DNA from: a virus
DNA: 40,444 nt
Virus record (IMG/VR): IMGVR_UViG_3300025018_000052
Span: 1-40,444 of that record
Direction: 5' to 3' (one strand)
Part shown: in pieces, positions 17,496 to 28,900 of the stretch
Layout of the letters: each line of letters starts with the position of its first letter
Numbering within the stretch: the first letter of the stretch is position 1
Translations under genes and position numbers: made by a program
Notes under the pieces: model-generated
The model's input: only the letters and a program-made list of their open reading frames with translations
What the model was told of the DNA's origin: nothing
Databases searched by the model: none

Positions 17496-19889
17496 ATGCC
17501 TACAATATACACGGGAACTAATAAGAAGATTGCGGAGAATACAGTTGCTACAGGTGGAACGGTCACAAATAGCGCGGTCATTAACTCTGTTAAGCCCGTA
17601 GTGGCAACTACGGTGACTAACGCCCCAAAGGTCGAACAAAGCGCCATTAATCCGGCCCCATCTAAGCTTGAAAAACAGCCTACGATTAAACCGGCCCCGG
17701 TCCCAATTAATAATGTTATAACCGGGACTCAAATTACAAACACAACAGGATCAACAGCAAAATCCGGGTATGCAGACAGTTCAAGTGTTCAAACTTTGAA
17801 AGCTAAGGCAATTGCGGGTGGATTATCAGAGGCTCAAGCCAATGAGGCTTTAAAAAACTATCAAGCAGGTTACCTTAATGAGCAAGATATTACGGCATAT
17901 TTTAACAAATTTGCTTCTGGAACAGCTGGAGTATCGGGTGTGGATGGTCAAACTCCGGGTGGTGGTGTTTCGGGTAGTCAAAGTCCTTATGATTATGATT
18001 CTTATGAGGAAAATGCAAACAAAGCTTTTGACGAATACAAGGCTTCTTTGGATGAGATTAAGGGAATGATGGAAGAGGGGAAAGAGGAAAAAATGGCGGC
18101 TATTGAACAGAAATATACATTAGAAATGGAAAACTTAGCACAGCTAAGACAACTTCAAGAACAATTGACGGCACAACAAAATGCTTTGGTTGCAGAATCT
18201 TCCGCTATCCAAAAACAAGAAATACAAAATGCTTATGACGCCAATAAAAAAGCAATTGAACTTCAACAAATTAAAGTTCAACAAAGTTATGACGCAATGA
18301 AGGAGCAACAGAAACTTGCAAATACTAGAAACACGATTAAAGCAGAAACAGCAATGGGTATGATCTATGGGTATGGATCGGCTGGAGCGAATAAAAACCT
18401 TGAGGACACTGTTGTAAAAGGAGAGGCCGCACTCAATCAATTAAGCAAAGACGCAGTAAATGCAGACACGGAGCTTCAAAATAAAGTTATCGAAATAAAT
18501 CAGGCTTATGAGCTTGATTTAAGAAAGATCGAGCAATGGAAGGCAGAAGAGACACAACAAAATTATGCGGCTTTACAGGGGTATTTAATGGAGATTAATG
18601 CAAAAGAAGACATGGCTGAAATTGATAAAATAAACGCCATAAATAGTGCGGTTGATAATTACAACAACACCATTGCACAAATAAACATGACTTCGGCGGA
18701 GACTAAATATGAATTAAGTCTTGGTCTTTTAGATAAAGTTCAAGAGTTTAGTATAGGGGCTCTTCAATATGAAAAAGCTCAAATTGATTTAGAGGCTACA
18801 AAGAGATCATCAAACTTAGAAGATTTAGATCTTTTATTGAAAACTTATTCAACAAGTGATTATGCAGACTTACCGGAAGATGTAAAGACAAGAATGCAGG
18901 AATTGTCTCAATCCTTGAATATGCCGGAATCTTTTGCTGGAGAGGCAATGGCTTTATACAAAGAGGCAAACACAAAAGAAGAATCTCCGGACTTTAAGTA
19001 TTACACTGACAATGATGGAAATGTAACGGCTATAACTTATAATCCCAAAACTGGCCAATTTGAGACGTATGATGTGGGAGCAGTTGATAGTGCAAAGGTT
19101 ACAAAAGCAGAAGATGTTTGGGATACGGAATACAATCCCAAAACTGGAAAAAATGAGCCATACAATAAAGAGACAAAACAATTTTCTACGGATGTTTCTG
19201 GTAAGGTAGGAACTCCCGCAGACGCTCTTAATGTTCCGGATGGAGCAAAAGGTGGTCAATGTGGGCGGTTTGTTAATAATTACACTGGCCTTGGAGTAGG
19301 GGATTCTTATGAGTCTAAAATGTCAAAGATGGATTCTACTATTAAGGTCCCTCAACCTGGGGATGTTTTCGTTATGCCTTATTCATGGACTGGTCATATT
19401 GGGTTTGTAGTCTCGGCAGATACAGCCTCTAATACAGCCGTGATAAAAGATTCCAACTGGAAACTCGATGAAACAGTTAGAACTCACACGGTTAAGTTGT
19501 CTTCACTTACTGGATTTTGGAGACCTGGCGGAAACAATTTATCAAACAGATCTTCTGAAATTGACGGATTCCTTCAAGTTGCGGAAACCTTAGGATATGA
19601 GGAGGCGGTCAAAACTATAAAGAATGAGTATTCAAATGATCAAGAACAGGCCTTCATGCTTAAGTTATTTAGAGAGGCGGTGTTCAATCAGCCTCAAGAA
19701 AGCCAAATGGCAGTTAATAAATATTTTGATAATTATACTCCGGGTGGATCTGTTGCTACTGATTTTGTGGTCCAAAACACTCAAAAGAATTTATTGAAGG
19801 ACACTTCTACTTCTCCTATAATTAACAGTATAGGAACTGGAAAGGCCCCTAGTTCGGGTGGAGATGATTGGGGAAGTTTGTCTTGGTAG
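17496..19889 (+). CDS. Coiled-coil virion protein with a CHAP peptidoglycan-hydrolase domain (internal/ejection or tape-measure-like protein)
   Basis: 797 aa with a long Q/E/K/A-rich coiled-coil centre. The CHAP signature is at about nt 19230-19540: catalytic Cys in GGQCGRFVNNY and His in GDVFVMPYSWTGHIGFVVS, then IKDSNW. Confidence 0.7.
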   Translation: MPTIYTGTNKKIAENTVATGGTVTNSAVINSVKPVVATTVTNAPKVEQSAINPAPSKLEKQPTIKPAPVPINNVITGTQITNTTGSTAKSGYADSSSVQTLKAKAIAGGLSEAQANEALKNYQAGYLNEQDITAYFNKFASGTAGVSGVDGQTPGGGVSGSQSPYDYDSYEENANKAFDEYKASLDEIKGMMEEGKEEKMAAIEQKYTLEMENLAQLRQLQEQLTAQQNALVAESSAIQKQEIQNAYDANKKAIELQQIKVQQSYDAMKEQQKLANTRNTIKAETAMGMIYGYGSAGANKNLEDTVVKGEAALNQLSKDAVNADTELQNKVIEINQAYELDLRKIEQWKAEETQQNYAALQGYLMEINAKEDMAEIDKINAINSAVDNYNNTIAQINMTSAETKYELSLGLLDKVQEFSIGALQYEKAQIDLEATKRSSNLEDLDLLLKTYSTSDYADLPEDVKTRMQELSQSLNMPESFAGEAMALYKEANTKEESPDFKYYTDNDGNVTAITYNPKTGQFETYDVGAVDSAKVTKAEDVWDTEYNPKTGKNEPYNKETKQFSTDVSGKVGTPADALNVPDGAKGGQCGRFVNNYTGLGVGDSYESKMSKMDSTIKVPQPGDVFVMPYSWTGHIGFVVSADTASNTAVIKDSNWKLDETVRTHTVKLSSLTGFWRPGGNNLSNRSSEIDGFLQVAETLGYEEAVKTIKNEYSNDQEQAFMLKLFREAVFNQPQESQMAVNKYFDNYTPGGSVATDFVVQNTQKNLLKDTSTSPIINSIGTGKAPSSGGDDWGSLSW

Positions 19890-19908
19890 TATTTAACTCA
19901 TTTTAAAA

Positions 19909-22900
19909 ATGGTATTAAACTGGAAAGATCTTCAAAAAAAGAAAGATCAGTTAGTAAAAACGGTCAATGTTATTGGTACAGGTCTTGCAGAAACACAAAA
20001 GCAAGCTGATATAAAAAAATCAGCGAAAAAAATAACAGATGTTAGAACTACAAAGCAATATCCCGGGGTCCCTATCACTAAAATAACAAACACCCCAAAG
20101 CCTTTATATGGGAACACGAGCTTAAGTCCATCAATGGCGGAAAATGTTTTGATTAATAAAGGAATTACTCCTAGTCCGACAAATGTTAAAAATTTTTCGA
20201 TAAAAGAAGATCCTACAAAAGGTGTATTACCTTCTAGTTTGAAAAACGACAATCGATCTGCGAAACAGAAACAAGAAGACAGTGAGCGAGCAAAAGAATA
20301 TTACAATTTTTATAATACAAATATAAGGAGAGCTAAAGAGGCTTGGGATATGGGAAATGCTACAGTTTTAGGAATAAAATCTGGAACTATATTGAGAGCA
20401 AAAAAACTTATTCCAACTTCAATTAGAGCAATTGCTGAAAATATTAACATGGATCCGTTTGGGCAACTTGATATGTTTGGAAAAAGAAACATGTCAGAAC
20501 TTGAACAAGCAAGAGAAGAGTATTCAGTTATGAAAGGGGAAACGGAGGACGTTTATTACAACTCCACGCTTGCACGGAATCCTTTGTATAACTGGGCAAT
20601 GGACACAATAAAAGATGTTGAGATAGAGGATGAGGATATTAGAAGACTTGCAACAGAGGGAAAGAGTGAACTTGTTAAGGAGGTTTTCAACATAGCACAA
20701 TCTTCCGCTTCTTTTTTGGCTACGGTTGCGGCTACGGTTATAACTAAAAATCCTACAGCATTAGCCGCTTTTGGAACATCCCTAGACAGTCTTGATACTT
20801 ACAATGAGGCAAGAAAAACACAAAGTCCATCCGGAGCTCTTATGTCTGTAAGTGCAGACGCTTCTGTTACTTTTGCTTTGGAAAAAATAGGTTGGGACGC
20901 TCTTATGGATACTTGGTCCAAACCATTAGCAAAACAAATATCCGACAAAATTCCACTCTTTAAAAATATTACTTTAAAAGCCCCTGTCGCAACAGCCATT
21001 ACAGGCAATGCGGTGTCTTCTGGAATCACGGAAGGTGTTCAAGAGGTTGTTCAAACTATGTGGCAAAATGCCGTGGCAAAATTTGGATATGATCATACAC
21101 GGGGAATAATGGACGGAGTTGTTGAAGCTTTCTTACTCGGTTCAGTTTTGGGAGGTGGAGCAACGGCAGTTTATCAAACAAAACAAGCTATTGAAGACAA
21201 GGAGAATATAAATAAGGCCAAAGAAGAGTTGAAGTCAAAGCTTGGTGTTGATGACACTCAAGCTCAAGCTTTAGCTTCATACTTACACAGTTTTACAAGA
21301 ACAGAATCTGGAATGTTTAAAAACAAAGTAGATTCAATGTTTAAAGAAAAGAGAACAGCAAATTATAAAGGACTACAAGACGCAGGCTCAAGACCTGGCA
21401 TAGATATTCCCGGGGAATTGCCTGTTCCGGAAAAAGTTACAACAGCCCCAGTAGTGAGTAAAGAAAAAGAATACAAACCAACTAGAAAGGTCCCGGAGGC
21501 TCAAGCTTATAATAACAGTGATTTCTTTTATGAACTGGATTATCACGGGGAAAGAGTTACAACAGATGGTGTTGTTCTTGAATTTAATTCAACAGTTAGT
21601 GCACCAAAGAATAAAAACACTTCTGGTAGGGTTCTTACTCAAGAGAATATTGATAGAATAGTTCCGGAAGGCGATTTAAAACCATTAAGCACCAAAGCGG
21701 TTTATACAAATGGGGCTTCTCTTAATGGGAAAGGCAAACAAAAACTAGAGCTTGTTTGGATGGGAGAGCCTAGTTCGAAAGTAGGGGAAGGGGTTGTTAT
21801 TAAGAAACAAATTTTTGATTATATAAAAGGGAAATACCCTTTAGCAAGCTTTAAATATAACGGCAGTTCAGATAGTTCTATTGCGGTTTTTGAAGGGGAA
21901 AAGATTGTTTCCTTGTTCATGCCTTTGACTAATAACTTTCAAAATACTCAACTTGGGGAAGAAAGTGAGCTATATTGGAGAGCGGAGGAATTGACAGGTA
22001 ACTCAAATGTTGATAGAATAGAATCAGATTTAAAAGACAACACAAATGATACAAGTTCCAAAAGACAAATTTCCTCTCCTAGCGGAGTATCAGGAGAACA
22101 ATCCGGAGGGGTATATGCAGACAATCAACAATCTCCGGAAAGCGGACAGAGAACCCCTAGCCAAAGAGAGCGAATATTGGGGGCAGATCGAGAGCGATCT
22201 GGAACATCTAAGGGGGGCTTAAATAAAAAGGCTAAAGAACTTTTAGATTCTGGAAAAAAGCCAGAAGATTTTACCGATGAGGATATAGAGCTTTTGAAAA
22301 GTTATAGTGGAATGGGTGGATCTGGAGAAGCTGGGAGAGGTTTACTTGATGAATACTACACCCCTCCAAAAGTTATTGATAAGATGTGGGCTCTTGCAAG
22401 AAAGCATGGATTCACGGGCGGATCAGTTCTTGAGCCTAGTGCGGGAGTGGGTAGGTTTATTGATCGTGGACCGGATGAAAATGTTAAATATACGGCACTT
22501 GAGATAGATGATACATCTTCCAAAATTGCAAAAATAGTATTAGGAAAAAAAGCAGATGTTAAACAAATGCCTTTTGAGAATCTTTTTGTAACAGAAACTG
22601 GCAAAGCTATAGAAATAGAAAATACATACAATTTAATTATAGGAAACCCGCCATACGGAGAACACCGTGGGTATTATAAAGGGTTAGGGGAAGAATCAAA
22701 AATCTCTAAATATGAGGATTATTTCATTAAAAGGTCCCTAGATTTAGCAAAGGATAATGGCCTAGTTGTAATGGTGGTCCCTAGTGGATTTTTGAAAACG
22801 ACAGTGTCTTATTCAAAAAAACAAATAGCTAAAAGTGGGGAGCTTGTAGAGGCTTACCGTTTACCGGAAAAGATTTTTGACAAGACTTCTATTGGTACAG

Positions 22901-25900
22901 ATATTTTAGTATTTAAAAAGAATACTACTGCGGACGACAACCTTTTAGAGCAACGTCTTGATAGTTTAGCAGGAGATTCTTATTTTAAAGAAAATAAATC
23001 AAAAATTTTAGGAGAAACAAAAGAAAGAAAATCAAGATTTGGAAAGATGGAAGTGTATGTTACTGGGAATGAGGATGTTTTAGACAACATAGTATTAACA
23101 GAGTCTCAAGATAACGGACCGAAAGTTTTCAAGGAAGTTACTGAAAAGATAACTAAAAAGAAAAAAGCACTTGAAGGCACCGAATCAACAGCTAAAGTAG
23201 AGGAATACTCATTAAGAGAGGAAACAGGTCAATTGTTTAGCACAATGCACCTTACAGACGCTGATAAGAATATTTGGAGGAATAAGTCGGCTGATGGAAG
23301 TCTCGTTATCAAAAACTTAACAGGAGCTGAAATTAACACTCTTAATATATTTAACGGAAAATACTTTGATGACTTTGATTATTTACAGGGAAATATTTAC
23401 GAAAAAATAGACGCACTTGAAAATGAAAACATTTCTGAAGAGAAAAAAGACGAGCAAAGAGCAAAGCTTGAGAAAATTTTACCTAAGCCAAAGAAATTAG
23501 AGAACATCTATCTCAATCCTTTAGGGGATTTTGCTTCTAGTTTTAAATATGAAACCTCCACGGCTAGATCTGATGTAGAGACTCTTACTTTAAAAGAAGG
23601 ATTTCTTGATTATCTTAGAGGACTCCCTAGAGACGCTTTCGCACCTTCTGATATGTGGGAGACTATGGGGTATGTGAGGGGGGACCGAGTCAACACAAGA
23701 GGGGATGTTGTTTTGGCAAATACTATTAAGAAGAGAAGAAAACATGTTGCGGAAAAATTGTTTCCTAAATTTTTAGAAACTCTTGATAAAGACACTAAGA
23801 CTAAAATAGAAGATCAGTTCAATAAAGAAAAAAATGGTTTTGTTTCCCCGGATTACAAGAAGGTACCATTATTCGTAGATGGTCTTGATATGACTTTTGG
23901 GGGAAGGGGCTTGAAGATTGGGGAATATAAGATAGATTCTATTGGCTTTCTCTCAAATAGAGGAACAGGAATCAATGCAAATGGTGTGGGATTGGGTAAA
24001 ACAATGATGGCCATAATATCAACCGCTCAAGATGTTCAGAAGGGTTGGTATAAAAGACCTTTGTTTATTGTTCCAAAAGGAGTTTATAATAAATGGATTG
24101 AAGAGATCCGTTTACTTTTCCCTAAACAGAAAGTCGTAGGGCTTGGAAACTTGGGTGTGGGGTATGGCATAAAATCTGCGGACGATATTAAAGCTAAGAT
24201 CAATGATGGAGATTTTACTGTAATGACTTATGAGGCTATTGCTCAATTAGGTTTTAAACCAGAAACTCAATCAAGTCTACTTGGGGAAATTAATAATGCT
24301 TATACGGAAGTGGGAAATAAAACAGAAAGGGCAAGAGCAAAAAAAATGGAGCAAATTCAAGATATTTCAGGAAAAGGAAAAATCCGGGCGGAAATAAAAG
24401 TTGAGGATTTGGGCTTTGATAATTTAATCGTAGATGAGGCTCATAAGTTTAAGAACATTTTTTCAAGAGCTAAGGAAAACAAAGACAGCGACAGCAAAGC
24501 ACAATCGGGTAGATGGGGAGGAATAACAGGGCAGTCTTCCGCAAGGGGGGTTAAAATGTGGTTATTATCTCAATATGTTCAAAATAAAAACGACGGAAGA
24601 GGAGTTAAGTTATTGACAGCTACACCGTTCACAAACAACCCCTTGGAGTTTTACAATGTATTGTCTCTTGTTGCGATGAAGGACATGAAGGCAATGGGTG
24701 TAGATAACATTAATACCTTTATGGATACTTTTTTGAAGACCACTAAAAAGTATGTTGTAAAATCTGGAGGTAAATATGATTTGGCGGATGTTGTTGAAGA
24801 TTGGCAGAACAAGGATATTTTAAAGGGGCTTATAAAAAGATATATAGATTTCAAGGATGGAGAAGATTATGGAGTTATAAGGCCTACAAAATTTAAAAAA
24901 GACTACAGATTTAACGCTACAAAACAGCAACTTGAGTATTTGCAAAAAGCACAAGAACTCCTAGATCCCAAACTAAAAAACAAAGGGGGATCACTTATGT
25001 ATATAGATGAAGCAAAAAAAATAACACTTTCCCCTTATCTTTCAAGATACTACAACGGTCCATTGCCTACTCCAAAAGAATTTGTGGAATCTTCTCCAAA
25101 ACTAATGGGAATGATGACGATGATCAAGGCGAACAGAAAAAAAACAGGACAAGTTATTTATTTTCCTTATGAGGTTGATCAAATGCCTCTACTTCGAGAA
25201 TACCTAGTTGATGTGTTAAAATATAAACCATCGGAGGTTGGTATTATTCACGGGAAAATTGATGACAACGTAAGGGAAAGAGTCAAGAAAGATTTTAATT
25301 CAGGAAAAGTAAAGGTAATTATAGGATCAGACGCAATTAAAGAAGGGGTAGATTTACAAGAGAGGTCTACAGATCTATATCTTACATCTTACCCCTGGAC
25401 GCCTACAGACGTGATACAGGTTGAGGGTCGAATACATAGACAGGGAAATATTTATAAAAATGTAAGAATTAATTTTTTATCTTTAAAAGATTCTGTAGAT
25501 TCGTTTCTTTTTCAGAAGCTTGATACAAAAACTAAAAGACTTGCAAATGCAGACGCTATAACTCAAACACTTGAAGGGGACAACATGGACTATGAATCAA
25601 TGACATCTGATCTTATTACAGATCCAGCCTTTAAGCTTCAAGTGAAAACGGCAATTAAAAAAGAAAGGGCAGACACTAAAATTAATGGACTTAAAAGTGA
25701 AATAGCTTTACTGGAAGAACAGACTAAGAAATATAAGGAAGCAGAGGCGGAGATACAAGTTACTCAAGAGTGGCTTGATGATCCACGCAATGCCGAGTCT
25801 TGGAATATGGATAATTACAGAAAAAAGAACAAGAAATCAACTAAAACTCTTGAAACGCTAAAAGAAAGGAATGTTGATCCAGAAGTTAATCAGGCTAGAA

Positions 25901-28900
25901 TATCTGAACTCGAAAAAGTTTTAGAGGCTACAATTGCTAAAAACAAAGAATCAGAAGAACGGCTAAAAGAAGAATCGAAAAATTTACCGGAATTTATTGA
26001 GAAGGATCCGGAGCCAAACGACTTTAAGGCACTTGAAAAACAGCTTCTTGAAGAGAATAAAACTTTTATCGTTTTAAAAGGGAAAGATGAAGATCAGACC
26101 GTCAAGGCTTCAAAAGCTTCTTCCTTAGAAGAGAACGTTTTGCCTTCGGTCATGATGGAATCCAGCATAGAAAGTGAACCTTTAACAGGGGCGGATGTTC
26201 CGTCCTTAAAGAGTTCAGAGACCTTGCCGGATGAATCTTTGGAGAGCATTGATGAAAAATCAAAGACTCTTTCTTCCCAGAGAATGAAATTTCTTGAGAG
26301 ATTTGACATGGGCTATGGATTAGTTGACACTACAAGGATAGATGATTTTATTAGCTTTGTCAATACTAATGTTTCAGAATATGATCAGTCCGTCAAAGAT
26401 CTTACTATAAAAACTCAATCAGAGGCATATTTTTACAGGGTAAAAGAATCTAAGAGTGTGGCTTCAAAGCTTAAGAGAAAGAGAGAAAAGACACTTGGCA
26501 CTTTAAATGATATGATTGGAGGGACTATTGTTACTGAAAATATTGATAATGTTTTAGGTGAATACAAAAAAGACAATTCCGAAAAGAGTATTGATGATAT
26601 GAGGACTCGTCCTTCTATGTGGGGATATGATGGTGTTCATCTTGAGAAAGAATTATCTTCCGGGATGTTTACGGAGATACAAGTACATACAAGAGAAAAA
26701 CTTTACCAAAAAGAATACGCTCATACTATTTACGAAAAATACAGGGAATATTTTGAAAGCAATGAGGTAGTTGAACTTTCAGATCAAGCCTTAAAGGATA
26801 AGATGGGCGAGGCGGTATATTCTGAATATTTAAAAGATATTCAACTTTCTCGTGATGTTTATGCTGGGATAGTTCCGGTCCCTCAAGAATTTATCGACAA
26901 GGCAAATGAGAGAATTAATAAAAACAAGATTGTTTTAGAAGAGGAAGTATCAACAGAAAACAAAACGGAAAGCGTAATGACAGGCTCGGCACAAACAGTT
27001 GATGGATTAAAACCCGTCAAGGTATCAAAAATAACTAAGGACTTATCCTTAGTTGATGTTGGTGGTAAAGAGATGTTGACGGAGGCTAAGACAAGTGAAG
27101 AAATCAAAGAGGAAGTATCTAGTTTTATTGAAGATCAATCAAATATAAAAGAAGGGGATGTTGTGGAAATTAATGAAAAATCCCCGGATTTATCCCCCAT
27201 GGAAAAGCAGGCGGTTGTCGTTTCCGGAAATAAAGATATGTCGGTTGTAGAGGTTGATGGAGGCTTTAAGGTTGTCGAAAGCAAGGACTTAAAACCGCTA
27301 GAAATATCTGATGAAATTAAAGAGCCTAAAAAACCTAAAAGACTTAAAGTTGCAAATGAAAAGACAGCGATAGAAGATTTACCGCCGTCTCCTCCAGAAA
27401 GTGATTTACTTGAAACAGATGGTCCGGATGATGGAACTGTAGATTTTGATTTAACAAAGTTTGAAAGAATGAGAGTTATTGTTCAAGATAAAGCAATAGG
27501 GCTTGATAAAGCTCAAAAGATTATGGGAGAAGGGAAAAATGTTCAAGAAGATGTTGATATGTATATGGAGTACGAGCTTTATTCTGGAGCAGTAACAGCG
27601 GCTATAGAAAAATTTGAGAGAAACGAATGGAAGCCATTACAAGATGAACTCGTAAAATTTACCAGTCTCTCCCCAGATCATTCACAGCTAATACAGAATT
27701 ACTTGTGGCTTTCACATGCTGAAGAACGGAATAAAAATCACTATGATGGGGCGGCTGGAATAACGACAAAAGAAGCGAGGATGAAATTGAAAGAGTTAAA
27801 GCAATTACCGCAGTTCCCAGAAATGCAGAAAATAGCACAACAATTCCAATCTCTAGCGAAAAAACTTCCCGAATATTTGTATAAAAACGGGATGATAAAG
27901 CAGAAAGAGTATGAATCACTTTTGACATTGTATAAAAATTATATTCCTCTACAAAGGATATTACCAGACAATGGCGACTTTAGTCAAGCTTTAGGAATAG
28001 GAAAAGGGTTTGACACTCGTGGAACTGACATAAAAAAGGCTAAGGGAAGTGATTTAGAGGTTGCAAACATTTTAGAGTCAATTCGTTTGAACTGGGAAAG
28101 GGCTATTATAAGGGTCCATAAAAACAATGTAGGAAAGACGGTTTATAAGTTTGCTAAAGACTATAGTAAACTATCTTTGTTTAAATTGGTTCGTGGAAAA
28201 CTTAAGCTAATGGAAGTTGATGGGGATATAATAAGGACTATTGAGCCTCCTTCTGGGGATAATATCCTTACTGTAAAAATTGATGGAGTTCAAAAATACA
28301 TAAAAATAACAGATCCTACAGTTGCTAATGCTTTAAAGAATCTTGATTCTCAACCTATGAATGTTGCAATGAGGACTCTTTTATCTTTTACAAGATTTTA
28401 TTCAATGATCAATACTTCATTGAATCCAGAGTTTATCATAAGCAATGCAATTAAAGATATTCAGACGGCCTCTCTTAACACTTCTAAAGAGTTTGGGATG
28501 TTTGGCATGGCTCGTAATGCAAAAGTTTTTCCAGAGGCATATAAAGGAGTATTTGACGCCTTGAGGGGGAATGATACCACTATGGCTAAACTTTATAATC
28601 AGATGAGGGAACTCGGAGGTACTACGGGTTATTATAATTTATCGAACAGAGAAGAAATCGCAAACAAAATTAGAGAAGGAGAAGACGCTTTGACTCTTAA
28701 TAGTGTAGGTAAACTAAAAAGTGGTGGAAAAAAAGTTCTTGAGTTAATAGACTTTATCAATGATGTTGTAGAAAATGGAACACGTCTTGCGGTTTATAAG
28801 GTTGCTATTGATCAAGGTTTTTCTCCAAAGAAAGCCGCTCAATTAGCGAAAAATGCAACTGTTAATTTTAACAAGAAAGGAACTATTGGTCCGGGCCTTA

